A stretch of 63,778 bases of DNA, filler included, from Guillardia theta CCMP2712 (taxonomy: Eukaryota > Protista > Cryptophyta): assembly GCF_000315625.1 (NCBI RefSeq). It is 6 parts of 6 records of this genome, joined end to end, with 100 filler letters (N's around TTAATTAATTAA, not from the genome) between each part and the next. Parts side by side here need not be neighbours in the genome. Positions count along the whole stretch, not along the records: positions 49,796 to 62,342 come from NW_005434666.1; positions 62,443 to 63,778 come from NW_005434033.1; 4 more parts are not named here. The stretch is one strand, 5' to 3'. Numbering within the stretch: position 1 is the stretch's first letter; each line of letters starts with the position of its first letter. The notes under the pieces are model-generated. The model was not told where the DNA came from. It was given only the letters and a program-made list of their open reading frames with translations, and searched no databases. Positions 62,176 to 63,778 of the stretch are shown piece by piece. The position numbers were made by a program, and so were the translations under genes.

Positions 62176-63059
62176 CGGCGATGATCAATTTGAAGGGGAT
62201 GACCTTTTTTTTACTGGTGTGAAGCGTCACTGCCTCTTCGCATAGTAGAATGCTTCGCCATCCGGTAATTGAGGGAGGGGGAGACATGAGAGAGAGAGAG
62301 AGAGAGAGAGAGAGCTGAGGAGGGAGAGGAGGGAGGGAGGGGNNNNNNNNNNNNNNNNNNNNNNNNNNNNNNNNNNNNNNNNNNNNTTAATTAATTAANN
62401 NNNNNNNNNNNNNNNNNNNNNNNNNNNNNNNNNNNNNNNNNNAAGGGGGGGAGGGACGGGGAGGATTTAATGGGGCCTGACCTCATGCCATCCCCAGACT
62501 GCATCATCCTCTATGGTGACTTCCTTCACGCACCTGCTCACTCTAGTGACCCTCCCACCGTCTCCTCCTTCTCCCTCACCCTCTCCTCGCTCCCTCGTCC
62601 TCGCACTTCATCTTGAACCCGTTCCCCTGCCCGCACTGTCACCTCCTCCCACCGCACGAGAGAGATTTTAGACACCTCGTTTATGTTGAGGTCAAACGAA
62701 TATCCTCCTCCTGTTGTTCGCTGTCATTCCCCGCCCTTCCTCGCCCTTCCAGTTCCCATCGCTGTCCTCCTTCCGGCCTCTTTTGCTCTGCCTCCCCTCC
62801 TCCCTCCTGTCACCTTCAAGATTCCTCCTGACTTGTCCCTTCCCCTTCCTCCCCTCCTCCCAGCATCTGCCGCTCAACCTCCCAGCTACCTGCTGCCGGC
62901 TGCCTCCCCTCCCTCCCGCAGCTCACCTCCGCCGTCTCCTCTTCTTCCCTCCACCACCATCAGGTTTGCAATAGACCCGATCGCTCGCGGCTTCGGACAG
63001 ACTTCCTGTGAGAGGTCAGGCAGAGTGGCGCCCTCCTCCTCCTTCCGCTCCTCCCTCCC

Positions 63060-63226
<167 letters not shown>

Positions 63227-63778
63227 CTTTCCTCCTCTTCCCCTCCAGCACCTCCACGAGCGGGAAATCTTGAGAACCATCCAGACGAGTGGCGGTGCAG
63301 TGAGAAAACAAGTAGTAAGCTATGAAAATCGTCACTCATGTTTCTTCACGCAACCCAGCTACTTGTCTGTCCCTGCCCTCCCTCCTGCCTCCCCTCCCCC
63401 TCGTCGTCGCTCTTCGTCCTCGGTCCCCGTCCCCGTCCTCGTCCTCTTCCTCTTCCTCGTTCCTCGTCCTTTTCCCCCTTTCGTCCTTGTCCTCTCCTCG
63501 CTCTTCGTTCTCTATCACCCTCCCCCTCCTTCCTTCGCCATCCTCATCCCCCACTTGCCTGTCATGTCGCAGACTCCTCCCACTCCCCCCGTTTCACCAC
63601 GTACTCAGTGACCTTGGTCTGAAGGAGACTGAGCCTGCGCGGTGATGAGAAGAGAGGAGAGGAGAGAGGAGGGAGAGGAGAGAGGAGAGGAGAAGAGAGA
63701 GGAGAAGAGAGAGGAGAAGAGAAGAGAGAGGAGAAGAGAAGAAGGAGGAGAAGAGAGAGGAGAAGAGAGAGGAGAGAG

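Overview
Eukaryotic nuclear draft scaffold with N-gaps, several carrying an artificial TTAATTAATTAA spacer. It has short GT-AG introns often filled with purine/pyrimidine microsatellites and a gene with an algal bipartite plastid-targeting-like leader. A cryptophyte-like alga is the most likely source (inference). In order: a scrambled CRE-like non-LTR retrotransposon relic; a small membrane protein; RPB5; a single-domain voltage-gated cation channel with N-terminal PH domain and C-terminal EF-hand; an SLC43/FMP42-like MFS transporter; a Fun30/SMARCAD1 remodeler with an N-terminal PBZ (poly-ADP-ribose-binding) zinc finger; tRNA-Glu(TTC); a tandem array of intron-like units containing zinc-finger micro-exons; tRNA-Ile(GAT); an apparently intronless membrane protein with a discoidin-like domain and a C-terminal RelA/SpoT-type nucleotidyltransferase; a chromo-barrel/AP2 protein; a histidine phosphatase; three CENP-B/Psq HTH paralogs; an ISWI HAND-SANT-SLIDE module next to a PDZ/coiled-coil gene; a plastid 2OG-Fe(II) oxygenase-like protein; a 62-aa-repeat/double-Tudor protein; and an RRM-like protein. 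Best novelty candidates: (1) the receptor-like RelA/SpoT nucleotidyltransferase; (2) a recurring intergenic grammar of TACCC/GGGTA clusters upstream of genes, plus CCGG-rich islands; (3) the intron-unit array with ZnF micro-exons; (4) the PBZ-Fun30 fusion; (5) the PH-channel-EF fusion; (6) the nuclear G34 tRNA-Ile. All domain calls are by-eye motif recognition and no searches were run. Boundaries of multi-exon genes are approximate.
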